Origin: Citrobacter phage Stevie
Sequence record: KM236241.1
Direction: 5' to 3' (one strand)
Length of the DNA: 49,816 nucleotides
In this document: one piece after another, positions 47,051 to 49,816 of the stretch
How the letters are laid out: each line of letters opens with the position of its first letter
Numbering within the stretch: position 1 is the stretch's first letter
The notes under the pieces: model-generated
Seen by the model: only the letters and a program-made list of their open reading frames with translations
What the model was told of the DNA's origin: nothing
Database searches by the model: none
Translations under genes and position numbers: made by a program

Positions 47051-47548
47051 ATGAAAGCTAAAAATGATTTTTATAACTACCTGACAAAAGACCGTGACTA
47101 TACCGTTTTGAATAGCCTAGATACTCTTTATCTGGTTGTTGCTGATAATGGCGTTAGAGTTTGGCTTGATAAAACTCTTTTCGAAAGCGAGCACCTAAGC
47201 AACGCAAAGCGGATCGCAGATGAAGCAAGCGCATTAGCAGAGCGTGAACGAATTCGCGATATAGTAGCGGAGCAGGTTAGAAATTCATGTTCGCCTGGTG
47301 GCTATATCTTCAAATCAATGCGCGGTGAAATGACGGTTGGAATTCAAGATCGCGTAATTGCAAAATCAGTTGATTCTGTAATTGAGAATGCGCGATTCAA
47401 TGCGTTGATTAACTCAGAGCATAACGAATACGTCAAAGTTTTAGAGCAACTGCGTGAAGTGCTGCGAGTGCCGGAAGGTGAAAATATAGTGACTCATGCA
47501 AAGGTTGTAAGAGCGTTGGCTGATGCGCTGATTGGTCTGCAAAAATAG
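47051..47548 (+). CDS. Hypothetical protein
   Basis: 165 aa; stop supplied by F11. Confidence 0.65.
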   Translation: MKAKNDFYNYLTKDRDYTVLNSLDTLYLVVADNGVRVWLDKTLFESEHLSNAKRIADEASALAERERIRDIVAEQVRNSCSPGGYIFKSMRGEMTVGIQDRVIAKSVDSVIENARFNALINSEHNEYVKVLEQLREVLRVPEGENIVTHAKVVRALADALIGLQK

Positions 47549-47588
47549 CACTTTTTGTTAAAACTTCCGCGAGGGCATTTGTTAAAGT
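47546..47588 (+). promoter_or_regulatory. Composite promoter cassette F11
   Basis: TAGCACTTTTTGTTAAAAC -18- TAAAGT; GAGGGCA/TGTCCTC (one G-T) around the -10. Confidence 0.85.
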
Positions 47589-47622
47589 GTCCTCATTGAA
47601 GCGAAACACGGAGATTTAGAAA

Positions 47623-47832
47623 ATGGCTGTATACACTGGCAAGATGTTTGAAAGCGAAAACCCGATTTACGGCGGCACTTATGAGCTAATCATTGATGAA
47701 GATCGCGTAATCCTTGCTGACGACGATAACCAGGAATATTACGAAGTAGAAGCCGATAAATGGGATAACGATGTTATGTTTCTTGTTGATAATAGCCGCA
47801 TCAAGTTTTATGCAGTGGAGGAAGAAGAATGA
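47623..47832 (+). CDS. Hypothetical acidic protein
   Basis: ORF downstream of F11. Confidence 0.6.
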   Translation: MAVYTGKMFESENPIYGGTYELIIDEDRVILADDDNQEYYEVEADKWDNDVMFLVDNSRIKFYAVEEEE

Positions 47833-48131
47833 TCACAATCAACCTATCAGAAGAACAAGCGAAATCATTGTTGCGCGGCCTTGGCTGGCGAATGGGTAGC
47901 GGTAGCGAGGCGGTTGTAAATATCAAAGATGAAGTAGCAAAAGAGCTTTTTGCACAGCTTGAGCATAAACTGATGCCAGCCTCAACAAGCGCGGCAGAAT
48001 TGGCAGTGTGGCGGCATGAGCAAGGATTGAATGAAATGGATATTGAGAAATGGAAGCGTAAAAACGAAAGTTTAGGATCTGCATTCTCAAGCTATATTGA
48101 TTCTGTTGCTAATCAAGTTATGGAGAAATAA
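47829..48131 (+). CDS. Hypothetical protein
   Basis: ATGA overlap. Confidence 0.6.
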   Translation: MITINLSEEQAKSLLRGLGWRMGSGSEAVVNIKDEVAKELFAQLEHKLMPASTSAAELAVWRHEQGLNEMDIEKWKRKNESLGSAFSSYIDSVANQVMEK

Positions 48132-48133
48132 AA

Positions 48134-48460
48134 ATGATTTACATTCACAGCTACGGCGTTGGTAAGTTTGGAAGCAAGCAGATCCGAAACATCCACGACA
48201 CGTTAGAAGAAGCGCAAGCACAGCAACGCGTTTTAGGTGGAGTTGTTCAGGCTTTCGAACCAGTGGAAGATCTGGAAATGCAAGAGGCCATAAAGGAAAT
48301 CGTTGTTGATGAAGTTTCATGTATAATCGACGAATTGAGCACTGATGCGCCAGGGTCCGCAAGAACGTTTGAACCAGGATCAACAGAATGGGATTGTTGG
48401 AAGGTGAAAACACTAAACAACATTCGCGCAATCCTGGATGGAAAATTTAACGAAAATTGA
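48134..48460 (+). CDS. Hypothetical protein
   Basis: Operonic ORF. Confidence 0.6.
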   Translation: MIYIHSYGVGKFGSKQIRNIHDTLEEAQAQQRVLGGVVQAFEPVEDLEMQEAIKEIVVDEVSCIIDELSTDAPGSARTFEPGSTEWDCWKVKTLNNIRAILDGKFNEN

Positions 48461-48519
48461 TAGCTTTTAAAGCGCCTCAATAGCATTCTAAGAGGCGCAT
48501 TTTTTAGGAAGGTGATTCT

Positions 48520-48648
48520 ATGCCTGAATACATAAAACCGTCGCAGTGGTGCGCACAGAAGCAAGAAGAAGCATTAGAGCGCGGCGACACTGACACAGCA
48601 TTGCACTACTTTGAAATGTTTCAACTTTGGAAATCAAGAGGACTTTAA
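48520..48648 (+). CDS. 42-aa hypothetical protein
   Basis: GGAAGG RBS; MPEYIKPSQWCAQKQEEALERGDTDTALHYFEMFQLWKSRGL. Confidence 0.5.
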   Translation: MPEYIKPSQWCAQKQEEALERGDTDTALHYFEMFQLWKSRGL

Positions 48649-48649
48649 A

Positions 48650-48877
48650 ATGTTTGGACTTAATGAGGCTGAATACAACATTGTTAAACGCGCTGCAAAA
48701 GAGTGCATGAAGGATCTGAAAGTTGAAGTTACGAGCGGCAACAAATACGATCATATTGCGGCTGGCATTATCACCAAACATCACACGCCAATTTCTACCT
48801 TAATCACTCGCACAAAGTTTGTATGGCTTGCTGGTTATATAGCTGGTCGATGGGGTAAGCCTGGCGAGTACGAATAA
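48650..48877 (+). CDS. Hypothetical protein
   Basis: Operonic ORF. Confidence 0.55.
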   Translation: MFGLNEAEYNIVKRAAKECMKDLKVEVTSGNKYDHIAAGIITKHHTPISTLITRTKFVWLAGYIAGRWGKPGEYE

Positions 48878-48902
48878 TAAGCACTTGAATCAATGAAGGT
48901 TG

Positions 48903-49038
48903 ACGGCGTGTTGTCTGATTGGTAGATTAAACGCCGTGAACATAAGAGGCTCAATAGAGCAAAGCGCGGCGCGTTAGCCGTAGACAAAAATCGGATGGGA
49001 TTGCATAGCAAACGACCATCGCGGGAACCGTAACCCGC
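48903..49038 (+). ncRNA. Candidate structured RNA / structured leader
   Basis: Five consecutive hairpins in a roughly 180-nt gap: ACGGCGT/ACGCCGT, GCTC/GAGC, CGGC/GCCG, GATGG/CCATC, GCGGG/CCCGC. Confidence 0.3.
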
Positions 49039-49059
49039 AACCACTCAGGAGATTAATTT

Positions 49060-49269
49060 ATGAAATACACTTTGCTTTTCAAAGAAAGAGTTTTGCACCC
49101 TGGTAGCGAACTTCTTGTTAATCGCGTCATTGTTTCAGAAAAAGATTTCGATATTGATGTTCAAAGGAATGGTGTCATAATCTCAAACAAAGAAGATACA
49201 AAGGCGTTTTCATTCCCCAAACACAACATCATCCAGATTATCGCAGAGGAAGAAAATAATGCAGAATAA
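49060..49269 (+). CDS. Hypothetical protein
   Basis: AGGAG RBS upstream. Confidence 0.6.
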   Translation: MKYTLLFKERVLHPGSELLVNRVIVSEKDFDIDVQRNGVIISNKEDTKAFSFPKHNIIQIIAEEENNAE

Positions 49270-49420
49270 AGAGATTGCAAAGGTAACTATCATCATTGAA
49301 CGTGACGGCAAGAAAACGCGATACAAAAAGCGCTTTGCAAAAGGCGAGGCGGTATTAGGCAGGATCGGTGATTTTATGGTGAAATTGCAAGAGGATAAGC
49401 CGGATGGTGTTCAAAGTTAA
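49259..49420 (+). CDS. 53-aa hypothetical protein (missing from supplied ORF track)
   Basis: MQNKEIAKVTIIIERDGKKTRYKKRFAKGEAVLGRIGDFMVKLQEDKPDGVQS; overlaps both neighbours. Confidence 0.5.
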   Translation: MQNKEIAKVTIIIERDGKKTRYKKRFAKGEAVLGRIGDFMVKLQEDKPDGVQS

Positions 49421-49586
49421 TTTAACTATCAGGCGCATGGGTCGCAATTGCGGATCATGTAAGCAAGAATTTGAAACGGTTGTTACAGCATGTAGCGCTG
49501 AAATGGCTGTAAGATTTGCGAAAGAATATTCTGGAGCAGATCCAGAAACGCACCAATTTTCAATTAATTATGTGAGGGCTATATAA
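49404..49586 (+). CDS. Hypothetical protein
   Basis: Operonic ORF. Confidence 0.5.
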   Translation: MVFKVNLTIRRMGRNCGSCKQEFETVVTACSAEMAVRFAKEYSGADPETHQFSINYVRAI

Positions 49587-49816
49587 TGCTGATGTTCATT
49601 GCTGGTTTTGGTTTTTGTGCGATTATCTGTTTCTTTCTCTATCTTTGTGTTTCATGGGGTGTGCAGCGTTGCGTAAAAGACAACGAATTAGTGATCGCCA
49701 TTTACGAAAACAAAACTGATAAATGGAAGATTACTAAAAACTTTGAAAAGATTGCTGATGAAATTGCATTTCGTCGCAAGTTTGGCAAGCCTGGAAGCAT
49801 CAAGTATATTGATTGA
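49586..49816 (+). CDS. Small membrane protein
   Basis: MLMFIAGFGFCAIICFFLYLCVSWG; stop codon is the last triplet of the window. Confidence 0.55.
   Translation: MLMFIAGFGFCAIICFFLYLCVSWGVQRCVKDNELVIAIYENKTDKWKITKNFEKIADEIAFRRKFGKPGSIKYID

Noticed and set aside
21581-47588. Regularly recurring 19-bp repeat as a possible CRISPR-like or integron-like array
   Set aside because: Spacing is hundreds to thousands of bp, copies occur on both strands following gene orientation, and each is followed at fixed distance by a -10 box. This is a promoter cassette, not a spacer array.
48903-49038. tRNA gene
   Set aside because: Several hairpins but I cannot fit a cloverleaf with acceptor stem, anticodon loop and TTC-containing T arm; tRNAscan-SE would settle this.
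48835-49044. Minus-strand 69-aa ORF opposite the hairpin region
   Set aside because: Opposes the direction of all neighbours, low-complexity Ser/Tyr-rich translation, no RBS support; the open frame is likely incidental.
1-49816. Temperate lifestyle (integrase, CI-type repressor, attP)
   Set aside because: No recombinase-type integrase or lysogeny module recognised. The single HTH gene is more plausibly an early regulator.

Overview
The window reads as a (near-)complete, densely packed genome of a lytic siphophage with T1-like (Drexlerviridae-like) gene order. This placement is my reading of gene content and order; no database search was run. Left half, + strand: terminase small and large subunits, portal, head morphogenesis, head/decoration proteins, major capsid protein, connectors, tail tube, a tail-assembly chaperone pair with a textbook -1 frameshift site, tape measure, and lambda-like minor tail proteins M/L/K/I/J. 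Middle: RecE-like exonuclease, ERF-type annealing protein, SSB, a minus-strand tail fibre with an S74 chaperone, a primase-like protein, an HTH protein, an SF2 helicase, VRR-NUC, a lipoprotein, Dam, a metallophosphoesterase, and a holin/endolysin/u-spanin lysis cassette. Right half: minus-strand genes (DUF3987, cytosine methyltransferase, many small ORFs) and plus-strand small early genes, including a HAD phosphatase and a dNMP kinase. The most interesting signal is non-coding. I found 18 dispersed copies (11 on +, 7 on -) of a composite promoter cassette: palindromic TAGCA-N5-TGYTA, then AAAC, then an 18-bp (twice 17-bp) gap, then a -10 box. Most copies also carry a locus-specific, self-complementary inverted repeat around or just upstream of the -10. 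The cassette often supplies the stop codon of the upstream gene, and one copy sits directly upstream of a divergent HTH regulator gene. Other items: a diverged duplicate of a roughly 400-bp non-coding block at two operon heads, an origin-like repeat region near 40.4 kb, a frame discontinuity near 43.02 kb, a cluster of overlapping membrane micropeptides, and a possible structured RNA near 48.9-49.04 kb. All sequence matches were made by hand.
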